Notes: generated from the letters alone by a model not told the origin. DNA of 64,000 nt from Octopus vulgaris (GCA_951406725.2 OX597830.1:64294001-64358000); one strand, 5' to 3'. Shown: positions 38,903-54,520, counted from the first letter of the stretch. Translations and numbers: made by a program.

Positions 38903-39000
38903 CACATGTGTATATTCATATACATGTATATACAAATATATACATATACACATTTAATATATACATATTAACATAAATGCACACTTATATATACATATGT

Positions 39001-39046
<46 letters not shown>

Positions 39047-39470
39047 CGCTCTCTCACTCTCTCTCACTTTCTCTATTTATCTAGTGATTCATCTATGTGT
39101 TCGTGTGTGTGTGTGTGTGTGTGTGTGAGTGTGTGTGTGTGCATGTCAGAACGTACACACATTCACACATCGTCTTTCGCTCATGGACACATATATTGAC
39201 ATACATACAAAATGTACAGTAGCTTAAGGTTGTACATAGATACATGCATGCATATATGTATATATATATATATGTATCTACATATATATGTGTGTGTGTG
39301 TGCTTGTATTGATTCACGAGTGCTAGGCTTGAAGATACAAAAATAAAGTACTCGATACTTCAGGAATTATTATTTTCACAAGCGGTACTTCGTCTGTCTT
39401 TATATTCTGAGTTCTGAGGTCGATTTTGCCGGCTTTCTCGGGAATTACAGGGTACGTCCGTTAGTATTTA

Positions 39471-39871
<401 letters not shown>

Positions 39872-40172
39872 AATAAATTTAAAATAATTAGGGTGAAAAA
39901 TTGAATATTAATTTGATTAATATCAATTTAAAACCAGTGGTCTAGCATATTGAAAAATCTGAAGTTTCAGAAAAATTATATTACATACATATAAGAGAGA
40001 TGACCACTGTATATCTGTATATTTTGTATTTGTTCATTTGTCTTGCTCGCTTACGTTCTGCCGTTTGCTAAATTTTGTTGATAACATTCCTTTCTTAATG
40101 ATAAGACCGTAGTGCGTCGACTTCCAGCAAAAGGGATGTCCACTTAGTGGTCATCCCTCTTATATGTATGTA

Positions 40173-40292
<120 letters not shown>

Positions 40293-40297
40293 ATATA

Positions 40298-40378
<81 letters not shown>

Positions 40379-40704
40379 ATATACGTCAGGGTACAATATG
40401 CTCTTGTTAGCTTGAAAGAGGTGTTAAAACTCTCCAAAACCACGCATCCCTCTCTATGTTTAAACACGCACGGAGAATATAGCAAGTATAAATTTAAATT
40501 TCAAGTATGTTATCATTATCTATAAAAAATAATGATAAAGTGGCCAGCAAGCATCATCCAAATATGCAAAATATACAATAAAACGTCAGGGTACGTTTAG
40601 AAACGATGCACAATATCAGAATTTTCGTCTCGGGTTAAATATAACAAGCCACTCCAAATCCTTGTAAGAGTATCCGCGGAAATAGAGTTATAATAAGTTA
40701 TGCA

Positions 40705-41108
40705 ATCTTTTCTACTCTAGGCACACAAGGACCGAAATTTTGGGGGATGGAACCAGTCGATTGGATCGACCCCAGTACGCATCTGGTACTTAAGTTATCG
40801 TCTCCGAAAGGATGAAAGGCAAAGACGACCTCGGCGGAATTTGAACTCAGAACGTAAAGACAGACGAAATACCTATTTCTTTACTACCCACAAGGGGCTA
40901 AACACAGAGAGGACAAACAATGACAGACAAACGGATTAAGTCGTTTACATCGACCCCAGTGCGTAACTGGTACTTATTTAATCGACCCCCGAAAGGATGA
41001 AAGGCAAAGTCGACCTCGGCGGAATTTGAACTCAGAACGTAACGGCAGGCGAAATACCGCTAAGCATTTCGCCCGGCGTGCTAACGTTTCTGCTAGCTCG
41101 CCGACTTA
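40705..41108 (-). mobile_element. SINE-B dimer
   Basis: Reverse complement of the 36490-36880 arrangement. Confidence 0.85.
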
Positions 41109-41385
41109 ATAAGCTATTATAATGAAGCGGAAATAATAATTATTTCAAATTTTTACCATAAGGGCAGTTTGGAGGAAGCGGGGAAGAGTCGGTTACATCG
41201 ACCCCGGGGTTCAACTGGTACTTATTTTATAGATATATTATTTAGGGAAAGCAACAAAAAGAGTACAGTAGAATTGCAGCCGCACGTATGAAGCTCACAT
41301 TGTTGTCCGTTCCCCATCAGTTGCAGGCGGTTTCTTAATTATACAGGAATTAATGTTCATGCAGATATCGACCTGTCTGTCTGCG

Positions 41386-41453
<68 letters not shown>

Positions 41454-41454
41454 A

Positions 41455-41527
<73 letters not shown>

Positions 41528-41534
41528 ATCTATC

Positions 41535-41587
<53 letters not shown>

Positions 41588-42389
41588 CATCTATCCATCT
41601 ATCTATATATGTGTTCGTATGTGTGTGTCAGAAGCCACACACATACATATTCATACACACACACACACACACACACAAGCTCGCTTGCACGCACATATTG
41701 ATATACATACAAAAAGTACATAAGCTTACATTTTTATATATATTAAAAGAACGTATTTAGATATGTATTCATGTGTGTGTGTACATATATATACGCATAC
41801 ATACACACATACACATACATACATACATATTTCCATACATACATATGTATACATACATGCATACATACATATATATAAATATATACATGTTTACATACAG
41901 ATATATACATGCATATTTACATACATACATATGTATATACATGCATGCATATATACATATATATACATACATGTTATACGTATGTGTACATGTATTCCGT
42001 CTGCTGATATGGTTGTATTCAATAACAAGGATATTCACTATATCCATCCCTGGGGAGTCTTTCCGACGGATGGCATTTTTACATTATTCTGGTAACAACG
42101 TATCCCAATGGGAGCTAGTATCTAGATGACATTTTAGGGCAGCTGTTAATTACAAGCCTAAATTTCCCCAAAAATCTGACATCAACGAAATTTTCCGTTG
42201 AATCGAGGCCGTCTAAAAAATTCACTGTCTCTTGTTCCTTAATTGCTTAACATAACCTTCGGAATGGGATAAAATTTAACGGTCACGAGAAGAAGCGAGT
42301 TTATGCGCCATTCTAATTTTGGTACAACGCCAACAAGTTTGAAGAAGCGGGCAAGTTGATTATATGGACCCCAGTACATAACTGATATT

Positions 42390-42612
42390 TTGGCAGAAAC
42401 GTTAGCACGCCAGGCAAATTGTCTAGCAGTATTTCGTCTGCCGTTACGTTCTGAGTTCAAATTCCGCCGAGGTTGACTTTGCTTTTCATCCTTTCGAGGT
42501 CGATTAAATAAGTACCTTTACGCACTGGGGTCGATATAATCGACTTAATCCGTTTGTTTGTCTTTGTTTGTCCTCTCTGTGTTTAGCTCCTTGTGGGTAG
42601 TAAAAAAATAGA
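42390..42612 (+). mobile_element. SINE-B monomer
   Basis: Same sequence as 1159-1381. gatattt on both flanks. Confidence 0.85.
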
Positions 42613-44103
42613 TATTTATTATATCCTCCCTGAAAGGAGGAGATGCTGAACCTATCCCCGCGTGTACCCGCGCGTGATTAGAACTTAGGACGTTAAGAGC
42701 CGGAAGAATACCACTAAGGGTTTTGTTCGATGCGCTAACGATTCTGCCAATCGTCGCTTTACTTCATATTAATAATTTTGGCAGAAGGTCAACAGTTTTA
42801 GGGGAAGAGACAAGTCAATTATATCGACCCCAGTATTTGACTGGTACTAATTTTATCGACTCTGAAATCATTTTGTTCGACGCGCTAACGATTCGACTAG
42901 CTTTCCGCTGTATTTCACATTATCCTCAAACTTATGAGAAAAATCGAACGCTTAACGTTACGTTTGCAGAATGCTTCACTTCCAGGTTTTTGTTGAGGTA
43001 CGCAAATCATACAGTTCAGAGGTCACATGGACGGTCATGGAGATGTGAATAGTTCTTGAGGCATTCACTACCGACCTGTAGGATATTGTTATCTTATCCT
43101 TTGAGTTCTTTGTTGTTGTATTATCTTATTGTTGTGCAGAGTCGAATATCCAATGTTTTGAACATTATCCTTCTTCAGGCTAAAGAGGACAAATAGAGAA
43201 GTAAAAAAGAAAAAGAGCAGAGTTTTACATCCTCTGTGATTGAGGAACTGCGAGCAACTACAGGGGAACGGATGACGATGTATGCTTCATATATATGAAG
43301 GCAGTTTTACTGTACTCTTCCTGTTGCTTTTCCCAAATAATATGACGAGTTTTCTTTTTGGATTTCGTTCAATCTGATGTATTTTTTTCGTGAATCATCT
43401 TTGCTTTTCTTTAGCAGATACTGCGTGAGAAATACAAAGCGAATCACAAAAACTGTTTGCTTTGATCTTAAGCAATTTTTCTACTCTTTATATATTTTTT
43501 TTTTTGAGAGGCGTCTGCCAATATCACGTGTCTGTTGAATCAACTATTTGATATCAGGATCTCGTGCGCTTTAATAATATCTATGGTGCAGATTTCCTTT
43601 ATATACCACTCAAATATCGCAAATATTGTTATCAGTAGTGATGCTGCAAATGTCTTATGAAAAGGAAAGATACGATTACCATATTTTAAAGAGTATAATA
43701 AAATATTCTTCAGTCAGTTTTCCTGTTCGCAGAGAAGGTCTTGGTATAAGAGACAAGATACAATTGTCACTTTTAAAAAATCTAGTATAGAATTCTTTCG
43801 TTACTCTGTTAGATACATTTATATATCTTTTCGCAAAACAGAGGTATTTCCAGCACCAATTTTGAGAGAGAGAGAGAGAGATGGAGAGAGAGAGAGGGAA
43901 ACAGAGAGAAACAGAGAGAGGAGAGTGAGAAAGAGGGAGAAGGAGAGAGAAAAGAGAGAGATTGAGAGAGTGTGGGCATTTGGATCGGGAAACAAATTTT
44001 ACGCATTTAATCTTCACATTTCATCTACTGGAAGAGAAGCAGAGGTAGAGAGAGAGAGAGAGAAAGAGAAAGAGAAGAGAGAGAGAGAGATAGAAAGAAA
44101 GAA

Positions 44104-44138
<35 letters not shown>

Positions 44139-44192
44139 ATGTGTTATTGTATAAAACTACCTTTGGATGGTTCGTTGTTCTATCTATCTATC

Positions 44193-44283
44193 TTTTTTTT
44201 CTTTTTTCTTTGCTTGCCAAAAAGAAAAGCTCTACTTGGTATTTTGTCTCCTGTGTTCAGCCCTGTGTGGCTAATAAGGAAAC
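44193..44283 (+). mobile_element. Very short 3' end of the (TATC)n-associated L1/Tx1-type element
   Basis: aaaagaaaagctctacttggtattttgtc...cagccctgtgtggctaataaggaaa, with TATC repeats on both sides. Confidence 0.75.
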
Positions 44284-44287
44284 ATAT

Positions 44288-44412
<125 letters not shown>

Positions 44413-44515
44413 AATCTATCTATCTATCTTTCCTTATCCCTCTCAATCTTTCTCTTCGCTTTCCCCGTTCCCACATCTTACTACTTGCTGCTCTCCTTTT
44501 CTCAGGGTCTCGCTA

Positions 44516-44575
<60 letters not shown>

Positions 44576-45109
44576 ATCGTTGTTTTTATGTTTTTTTTAT
44601 TTATTACAAAGCACGTGGTATTTATATAATAACATCGTTTTTTTTCCATTACAAATCACATGAATTTATATAATAAATCTATTAACACTAAAACACGGAG
44701 ACGGACTTCAATGTAAGCAGAATAATAGATACAATAAGACATAAACAGTAATTTTTAAACACTTAAGACATACCAAAACAAAGAAACAAATAAAAAAAAC
44801 TTTAAAGGAAGCCAGATTCTAAATGAGCACCTACTGCGAAATTCCTGATCACAAACCCAGTGTCAAATTCCAGAGGCTGAACCTTTACCCTGACAAAAAG
44901 ATGTTCTCTGTTTAAAAAATGAAATGTTTTGGTTTTTTTTTTGGTCTATATTTGATTTTTGTTTAATATATTTTTCAGTTTTTAAACATGTATTTCTGCA
45001 TGTTTCACCCCCTCTCTCGCTCTTTCTATCTCTTTGTGTCTGTCTGTCTGTCTTTTTCTGTGTTTGTCTCTCTGCATGTGTTTATAAGAAATAGGTAGAT
45101 TGAGTGGCA

Positions 45110-45487
45110 GGGCGGTGAGCTGGCAGAATCGTTAGCACGCCGAGCTAAATGCTTAGCGGTATTTCGTCTGCCGCTACGTTCTGAGTTCAAATTCCGCCGA
45201 GGTCGACTTTGCCTGTCATCTTTTCGGGATCGTTTAAATAAGTACCAGTTACGTACTGGGGTCGATATAATCGACTTAATCCGTTTGTCTGTCCTTGTCT
45301 GTCCTCTCTGTGTTTAGCCCCTTGTGGGTAGTAAAGAAACAGGTATCTTGCCTGTCTCTACTTTCTGAGTTCAAATTCCGTCGAGGTTGACTTTGCCTTT
45401 CATCCTTTCGGGGTCGATAAATTAGGTTCCAGTTGCGACTGGCCCCTTCCCCCAGAATTTCGGGCCTTGTGCCTTGAGTTGAAAAGA
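45110..45487 (+). mobile_element. SINE-B dimer
   Basis: Two units. Flanking duplication aagaaataggtagattgagtg (45086-45106) / aagaaagaggtagaatgagtg (45484-45504). Confidence 0.85.
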
Positions 45488-45574
45488 AAGAGGTAGAATG
45501 AGTGCGCGCTTGTGTGTGTATGTGTGAAGCAGAGAAAGGGATGAAAGGAGAGGAGTTTGAAGGTGAAAGTGAGA

Positions 45575-45605
<31 letters not shown>

Positions 45606-45654
45606 GAGAAAGCGAGGGTGTAATTGAAAGAGGTAGTAAGAGAACGAGAAAGTG

Positions 45655-47090
45655 CAAAGTTTTCGACCTCATAAGAGCATTAAGCGTAGAAGTTTTCATG
45701 CAATTTCGATTTTTAATTTTGACATTGTGGAAAACAGAGAAAATTCTTTCTGACGTTGCAGAGGAATGTGGTAAAGAAAGAAGACTGAGCATAAAAGATG
45801 ACAAGAGAAATGTGGTGATGATCACCACTTTTCTCTTGTGAAACAGCAAACCCAAATTTTTCTGACTCGTTATACGGGATGAAAGGACAATCTTGAACCG
45901 TCCATTCGCGCCATTCCTGAATAATTTCTTCGAAATATTTTTCATCACAAAGACTTGCGAATCGCATAATAAGTGGTATAATTGACCTTGGCCTTCCTTC
46001 AGTTACGTTGGTTGGGTCCAACGCCTCTAGTAATCCCAAATTGTTCTGCATATCGCAAGACTAAAACCGCACAAGGATTTGATATGAAAGACTATCAAAG
46101 AATCGTAGTATATTTTGTCGGAGTCACCAATTCATCAGGGGCAATGGTGGTAGCATTTTCGTATAAAATTCTCTCAGCTACAGCCCCAAAGTAGATACAG
46201 TTTAATGGTTGGTGTGTCGTTGCATCGTTGAGATTAATCTCACACACATTGATGACAGATTTGATGAAATTGCTCAAAATTCCCTTCATTCCAGCGTTGA
46301 TGGCTCTTTTAAGCTTATGCATCCGATATGCTTCGGCCTGGAATTCCAGATTAAGTTTGTTAACGTCGTTTAAAATGAAAGAGAGAAATGGTAAATACAT
46401 CTTTGTCAGAGGATTCTTCATTTCAGTGAGGTTTCGTCGAGCCGTAATTGGACACCCACCTTCTAATGTTGCATGTGTGAAATATGGCAGCAGTGTTGGC
46501 CACTGCTCTGAAATGCGCTGCACAACTTGCTTGAGATACAGTCATCTAGTGCAGCTTGCATGCAGGATTTTGTGAGGATCAACTGAAGCTATTTTCTGCA
46601 GATCTTTGAATTCACTGATACGCTCAGGATTGTGACTGAAGTATGCATAAATACTTCTTGTCATTTCTTCGACAGAATTCGGTAATTCCTTGCACGCGTT
46701 TGATGAACATACGTGTAAAGAATGATAAACACAGTCTTGAACACAAAGATCTGGCCTGTTCTGCTTCAACACAGGCGAAACCTATCAAATTTTCCAGAGG
46801 AATAGTGTGTTCGTTTAAAAGTGATAGAAGACAGTTGTATATACTCATAGCACTGCAATCTTGTATTTCTATAAATGTTAGAAAATCGTCGACTGTCATA
46901 ATATCTGGAAACCAGGACAGGTTGTTTTAGTGTTGAAACATCAGTTGTTTCATTAATAACGAGAGAGAATTTTGATGAATGGAGTTTTTTTTTAATAAAG
47001 CGTTGAATCTGTAGGGGCCAATGGCTTTAAGAAAGATGTATTTGCCTTTCGTTCGGGCACACTTTGCATCATGGGCGGTTATTTTTGACA
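45655..47090 (-). pseudogene. Disrupted hAT-superfamily transposase
   Basis: FSLVINETTDVS (first catalytic D region), DFLTFIEI...NLIGFA, CVYHSLHVC (CxxH), TR*L, and C-terminal LSLPHSSATSERIFS..K..NRN.M..TLNALM (hAT dimerisation domain). Split by stops and frameshifts across several ORF-track pieces. Confidence 0.85.
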
Positions 47091-47968
47091 AAGCTGTGGG
47101 GATTATCTTTCTCCTGGAAACGCGTGTACACCACCCATTTCCACTTTTTTTTTTCAGAAGTTTTTTCGGATTTCTGTTTTCAATTTAGGAGAATACGATT
47201 CTGCCCCAAAATTACATTTTCAAAATTTTAATTTTCCCCACCCCACCTCAATTTCTTAATTTTTAACTTTTTTCGAATTTCTAGGAGAAAGATAATCTTA
47301 AATAAAACTTGCAGTCAGAAATAGTCACCAGTCATCTTGCTGTGCTTGTCACTGGAACCTACTATGGCAACACAGAGTGTGGCAAAAGTGTTGTCTAAGC
47401 TTTTGTCACTGAGATCCAGTGACGTACATATGTCTTTCTATCGCTTCATTTCTTGATCTGTTTTGAATTTTATTAAGTCCTTTGGCGATGGATGCGTGGC
47501 GATGGATGCGTGGCGATGTGCAATGTCATATCCTCGCACATTCAAGGATAAAAGTAAATGAGAACAACTAGGCCGAATGTGAGATACTTTCAACTGTCAG
47601 GATGAAGCAATGGTCATATAGCATCTACATGCATAAATGCTTACCAAGAAATGTCCAAGTGGTCAGGACGTTGAGCTCATGATCTTTAGGTTGTGGGTTC
47701 GACTCCTTGACGAAGGGAGTTTCCTTCATGCTGTTCCAGTTTGCTCTTCTGAAAATGAGTACCAGCTGTCACATACCGGATGATGTACTGGGCCACAAAT
47801 AAGAAAGACGAGAAGGTGTCTGTGGTTCTTCATGAATAGATAGGCACCGAAAGCAATTATTGAAACCACGGTAGATGATGCAAAGCCATACTTGGTTGTC
47901 AGTGACAGCTAAGTTACACACACTCACACACACACACACACACACACATACACACACACAGACACACA

Positions 47969-48023
<55 letters not shown>

Positions 48024-48185
48024 GCGCGCGCAGATATCTCTCTCTATAGGTATCTATATCTGAGTGTGTGCGCATACGGACCATGCTTGTGTATGTTATA
48101 CTACATGTTGATACGTTCCGTGTACGTATATGTCTGTCTGTATATAAAGAGAAACATATACTTGGACACTTAACCCCTTTTCAAC

Positions 48186-48235
<50 letters not shown>

Positions 48236-48244
48236 CATCCATCC

Positions 48245-48390
<146 letters not shown>

Positions 48391-48798
48391 ATCTATCTAT
48401 ATCTATATATATATTTGTAAAAATGAAGTTCGAAAATGCTGCTATATTAGACAAATTTTTAATTTTTATATATACATTATTTATTTAACATGTTTCGGTT
48501 CTTGAAATGATGAACCTTATCAAAAAAAATTATATATAAAAAAGATAGTTCATGCTATCAAATATAAAAAATTCATATATAATATACAATAGAGTCAGAC
48601 ATCAAAAGTTCATATATAGTGAAGTGAGTTCATGCTATATGTTTAAAGAGTGTGATGCAGTGGTTCATAGTGGTGATATGCATTCAATATAAAAAATAGT
48701 TTATAGTGGTGATATGCAGTCAATATAAAAAATTGATGTTCTTGAAAGAGCGAGGAAATCGTTTTAGATTTTACCTTGAGCAACTGTGATGACTTTTG

Positions 48799-48853
<55 letters not shown>

Positions 48854-49263
48854 TAGATAGATAGATTTATGTATATATATATTTCTGTATGTATGTTGGG
48901 GACTGTATATTGATACGTTCTGTATATTTTTGGATACATACATATATACAGGCAATGTTTACTGATTGAATTCGGGTGACAGAAAGGATGTACAAACACA
49001 CAAATGTGCCCGCGCATACACACACATAAACACACTTGTATGTTCTGTATCTAGATACATGTATATATATATCCTGTGTATGTATAGGGAGCACGATCGG
49101 TTTTTCTTCTAAAGAATACATTCCCCCTAAAGCATAAACATCGGATTTCCACCCAAAAGTCACTTTCTGCCTCTCATATAAACACACTTCAAAACTGAAT
49201 AACTTGAGACAAAACTTTCTTACATTCAACACAAAGAACATATTTCTAGGGAAGGCTTGCCAT

Positions 49264-49331
<68 letters not shown>

Positions 49332-49441
49332 GTGTGTGCATGTATATGTGTATGTATATATATATATGATTGTATATATATAATGTATGCATACATACAT
49401 GCCTACTTACATATACATACATATATATATGTACACACATG

Positions 49442-49500
<59 letters not shown>

Positions 49501-49809
49501 ATATACATACACGCACATTTATTCATATATACACACATATATATAATAATATATACACTTAGACAAATATTTGAGCTTATATATATAGGTATAGATATAT
49601 ATGTGTGTGTGTGTGTATGCGTGTGCGTGTGCATGTGTGTATGTATAGGTATCTATATACGCACATACATAAAGTGAGAGAGAAAAAGAGAGAGGTGGTG
49701 AGATAGAGATAGAGAATATATTTGTTTTTTTCTCACGTGAATTAAGAAACGTTCTAGAGAGCACACGTGTGTATACAAACTTATATACCTATAAATACAG
49801 ATTATTTAC

Positions 49810-51845
49810 AACTTAGATTGGTTCCGGCCATTATCGACCCAGGCCATGCGTAACTTAATAGCACCACCCAGAAAAGTCTTTTAATTATTTATTTTGGGAC
49901 ACCATGGACCACTCAAGCAGAGAGTTGTTGGATGATACGTATCCAAGTGTAGGTGGTTTGTCTGGCATTTCTTGGAGGAATTTGTCCAGGTTCCGTTTGA
50001 GGGTTGTGGGGTCTTTTTTTCTACTTCAATTTCTTTCGAGATAACATTGAAAAGAGCAGGACTATTTGCAGTAGAGAAATTGTGTTGCAATGTTCTTATG
50101 TGATGTGATCTCGACCTTTGTAGTAGCTTTCCACCGACTCCAACGTTGGATAATTTCCTTAACAGTATATTGTGGCCAACTCTATCAAAGGCCTTGCTGA
50201 AATCAAGGTATATGACATCAGCGTTGGAGCCCTCGTCAAAGTGGTGGAGGAGCTGTGTTAGACAGTCCCTCCCACCTCGAAAGCCATGCTGGTTGCAATT
50301 TAGAAGATGATTTTGCACTAGGAAGGCTGTTATTCTTGATCTCAACACTCTCTCAAATATTTTGATATGTAAGGTGAGTGAAATTGGACAGTAGTTTACT
50401 GGGAGCGATTTATTCCCATTTTTGAAAAATAGGAACAACTGACTGAGAGAGGTGGTTTTGAGAGATAAAACCATCCTCTAGTGATTTCCACCAGAGATTT
50501 GCAAGAGGAGCTGCAAGTTGCTGTCTGCATTCCTTCAGCACTGTAGCAGGGAACCTGTCAGGACCCACTGTTGAATGAAGTTTGATTTCTTTTATTGCCT
50601 GTAGGATGTCAGTAGCGTCGAAGATTATGTCAGAAAGGACATGTTGAGGATTCAAAGAAGCATGCTGCTTGAGTCAACTGAATCAGGGTCACTGAAAACA
50701 GAGCAGTATCGACTTTTCAGAATCTCGGCCATGTCTTTGGCATCACTGTGAAAGATGCCGTTTCCGTCAAGCAGTGGGCCGATAGAGGAAACTGTGGCCC
50801 TATGTGGTTTTGCAAAGGAGTAAAAAACCTTAGGAATATTCTTGATGTTTTTAATAGCCCTGGCTTCCTCTGCAGCTCTTTGGTCGTTTATCAGGGTTCT
50901 CATACACTCCTGCAACTGTTTCTTCTTTGATTCCAAGGTTGTTAATGTTCTCGATTGGGGATGCTGCTGACGGTGGTATTTTAGAGTATTGATTTTTTGG
51001 TCTATTCTTTTTATTCTCCTGTTGAGCGCTTTTCTCTGTTTTGGAATCCTGCATCTACTGTTATTTATGAGTCATGAGGGTGTGTGTTTTGAGCATATGT
51101 TGGTAGCTGTGTCCTCAAATAGTTGCCAAGCGTTTGTGCTTGTTGTGGTATTGGAGGAAGCAAGGGTGAAGGACCAGTCCATTTGCGATAAGTCTTGAGT
51201 GATCGCACTCCAGTTTGACTTGTGTAAATTCATATTATCAAATTCATATTATCAAATGGGTGCACTGGAGTTAGTGATTTATGCCAAATATTTGAATGCG
51301 GAAGACTGAGGTTACAGAGTACTATGCCATGATCGGACAGGAAGGTTCTTTCCACTATGATGTTATGGATAGTTTTAGCATGATTGCTTAACACTAGATC
51401 CAAGACACTTTGATTGTTTCTGGTTTGCTCATGAACGAGTTGTGACAGGGAAAAAATTATCCATAAATCTGGAAAGTAACTCTGCTGTTGCTTTGTCTGA
51501 GTTTGAGGTGAAGGTTCATGGTCTAACAATATTAGTGGACCAGTCTACAGAGGGTAGGTTGAAGTCGCCCATCATCAGAATATTTCCTGGTTTACATTGC
51601 AGGAGGAAAGATTTGATCTTCGAAAGATTTGATCTTCGAAATAGTGTAAGGGTGCTTCTGGGGGTCTGTAGAACCAAATGACAGAGAGGTCTTTACCCTT
51701 GTTGTATACAAAGACGCATTCGCCGTAACCGTTGGAGAAAATTACCTTGGCATCTGCGCTGAAAGAATCAGGGAGGAAACCAGCAACTCCCCACTTTCTT
51801 CAGCTTCCCCGATCAGCCTCTGAAGTCTCTGATTTTCAAAATACA
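49810..51845 (-). mobile_element. Decayed CR1-type LINE ORF2 (APE endonuclease plus partial RT, internal deletion) and 3'UTR
   Basis: FSNGYGEC..FYRP, MMGDFNLPSVDW, TR..VLDLVLSN, SDH (endonuclease); PKVFYSFAK, GPD.FP..VLKEC, NYCPISLT, QHGFRGGRDCLTQLL, DVIYLDFSKAFDRV (RT). The YADD region is deleted near 50115. Confidence 0.92.
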
Positions 51846-52402
51846 CTTAAATGCATTCATATAAGGTGTATGTATATACATACATATATGCATACACGCG
51901 CACACACGTGCAGACATACACACAGACACACACACACGTAGTAATACACATCATGTAATGTTATTTATTGTAACATCGCCGAATCGCTTCTGTAATAATC
52001 TTTAGGAATAAAACATTCTCAGGTCTTATTCCAAAAGAATAAAGAGGAATTATACCGCCGCTGAAAAATCTCTGCACTGTCTGTCTGTCTGCATGCAAGT
52101 ATATACACACATACACACACATGCACATATCTACTAGCGTCACCTTGTCACTCGTACACACGACAAATAAGTTTAGCTTGCTTAAACACATTTTAAAGCG
52201 GTAATGAAGGAAACTCAATATATACGAAACTATATATACTTTCATATACATTCATATGCTACAACAGACTGATTTCATCTTTATTTATAGAAAAAAAAAA
52301 ATCTGCTCAATATTTGTTGAGATTATCCGCTAAGCTGATACAGTCTTCACATGGGATCAAAACATACCAGAAACTAAACTGTTAGACAAACTAAACTGTT
52401 AA

Positions 52403-53007
52403 AGGCGGCGAGCTGGCAGAAACGTTAGCACGCCGGGCGAAATGCGTAGCCGTATTTCGTCAACCGTTACGTTCTGAGTTCAAATTCCGCCGAGGTCGAC
52501 TTTGCCTTACATCCTTTCGGGGTCAATAAATTAAGTACCAGTTACGCACTGGGGACGATATAATCGACTTAATCCGCCTGTCTGTCATTTTGTTTGTCCT
52601 CTCTGTGTTTAGCCCCTTGTGGGTAGTAAAGAAATAGGTATTTCGTCTGCCGTTACATTCTGAGTTCAAATTCCGCCGAGGTCGACTTTGCCTTTCATAC
52701 TTTCGGGGTCGATAAATTAAGTACCAGTTACGCACTGGGGTCGATATAATCGACTTAATCCGCCTGTCTGTCATTTTGTTTGTCCTCTCTGTGTTTAGCC
52801 TATTGTGGGTAATAAAGAAATAGGTATTTCGTCTGCCGTTACGTTCTGAGTGCAAATTCCGCCGAGGTCGACTTTGCCTTTCATCCTTTCGGGGTCGATT
52901 AATTAAGTACCAGTTGCGCACTAGGTCGATGTAATCGACTTAATCCCTTTGTCTGACCTTGTTTGTCCCCTCTATGTTTAGCCCCTTATGAGCAATAAAG
53001 AAATAAG
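52403..53007 (+). mobile_element. SINE-B trimer inside a single target duplication
   Basis: One head plus three units of about 187 bp. TSD AAACTAAACTGTTA at 52388-52401 and 53008-53021. Confidence 0.88.
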
Positions 53008-53309
53008 AAACTAAACTGTTAGAATAGCTACACCAAGTGCAACATAACCAAATATGCAGACCTTCATGTCATACACAGATATACATGTGTATAAAACGAA
53101 ACACTTATTGTCCTATGTCCTATAATTCTATGATTCAAATCGTGTAATCGACATCCAAGGACAGAAAGTTGTTGCCATTATTGTTGTTGTTGTTACTGCT
53201 GCTGATTAGCCCCTGGTCAGCTCTAATTTTGCCAACCAATGATTAAAGGGTTTTTTTTTTTCCAATTTTACCTCCATATACTTATAGCATGTTTCTAGGA
53301 CCGGTCATA

Positions 53310-53512
53310 AGATGAGCTGGCAGAATGGTTAGCACGTCGTACAGAAGTCTTAGCGGCATTCCTTGCAGCTCTTTACGTTCCGTGTTCAAATATCGGTAAG
53401 GTCGAATTCGCCTTTCGTCCCTTCGGGGTCGATAAAATAAAGTACCAGTCAAGTACTGGCGTCAATGTAACAATGTAATTAAGTTGTCTCCTACCTACAA
53501 AATTGCTGGTTT
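53310..53512 (+). mobile_element. Old diverged SINE-B-type copy
   Basis: gagctggcagaatggttagcac...gcctttcgtcccttcggggtcgataaaataaagtaccag. Confidence 0.7.
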
Positions 53513-54398
53513 TCAATCCAACAATGGACCGACGCATGTATATTGTGAAATCAGCTACATAAGCGCTTTAGAAACCGAGTGACTGACCTTATGAATTCTG
53601 GGGTTCAGGAAACGTAATCTAGACCCTTTATTCTTTTAAACAGTAGGACGTGATAAGAGCGATATTTGGCTGGTGTTTCTAGCAGGCCGACGGAACCCGT
53701 AAATTCTCTTGCTGATGGAATGCCATGTCTGTGTACTCTACAGGTCCTTACGCTCTACCCATTCCCCAATCCTCCAGTTTGTCTTCATCATAATGACTGT
53801 TTAATTCCGAGACAACACAACATTGCTGCAAACCGAATGTATATCTTTATTTATTTCCTACGTTAGTAATTTGGGCGGTGACGCGATTGTTGAAACAAAC
53901 ACTATTACCAAGGATACTGACACAGTTGTATACACAAACACAAACACAAACACACATGTTATATGTATGTAGGTATGTATGTATATAGGTATGTGTATAT
54001 GAATGCATGTGTTCGCAACCATATGTATGAATGACTGCGTAACTATGTATATCTGAATGTCTAGTACACGCACACACACACACACACACACACGCACGCA
54101 CGCAAACAGACACACACATGTATGTACGTAAATGCATACATGAGTATATATATATATATATATATAAATGATACGTATGTGTAAATATATCGATGCATAC
54201 ACATACATAAATCTACAAACAGACAGACACACACACGCACATACACATACGAGCACATACATATGAGTGTGTGTATGTCTCATATGTTTGTGTGTGCATA
54301 TATACATACATACACACACATACATAGACACTAATATACAATATATATGTCTGTGTGTTGTGTATGTGTACATTTGAAAAGTTTTACTTACCTACACA

Positions 54399-54508
<110 letters not shown>

Positions 54509-54520
54509 TGTATATATCTA

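Noticed and set aside
43076-43179. Minus-strand exon with good acceptor and GTCGGT donor
   Set aside because: All three frames contain stops and no homology is recognised.
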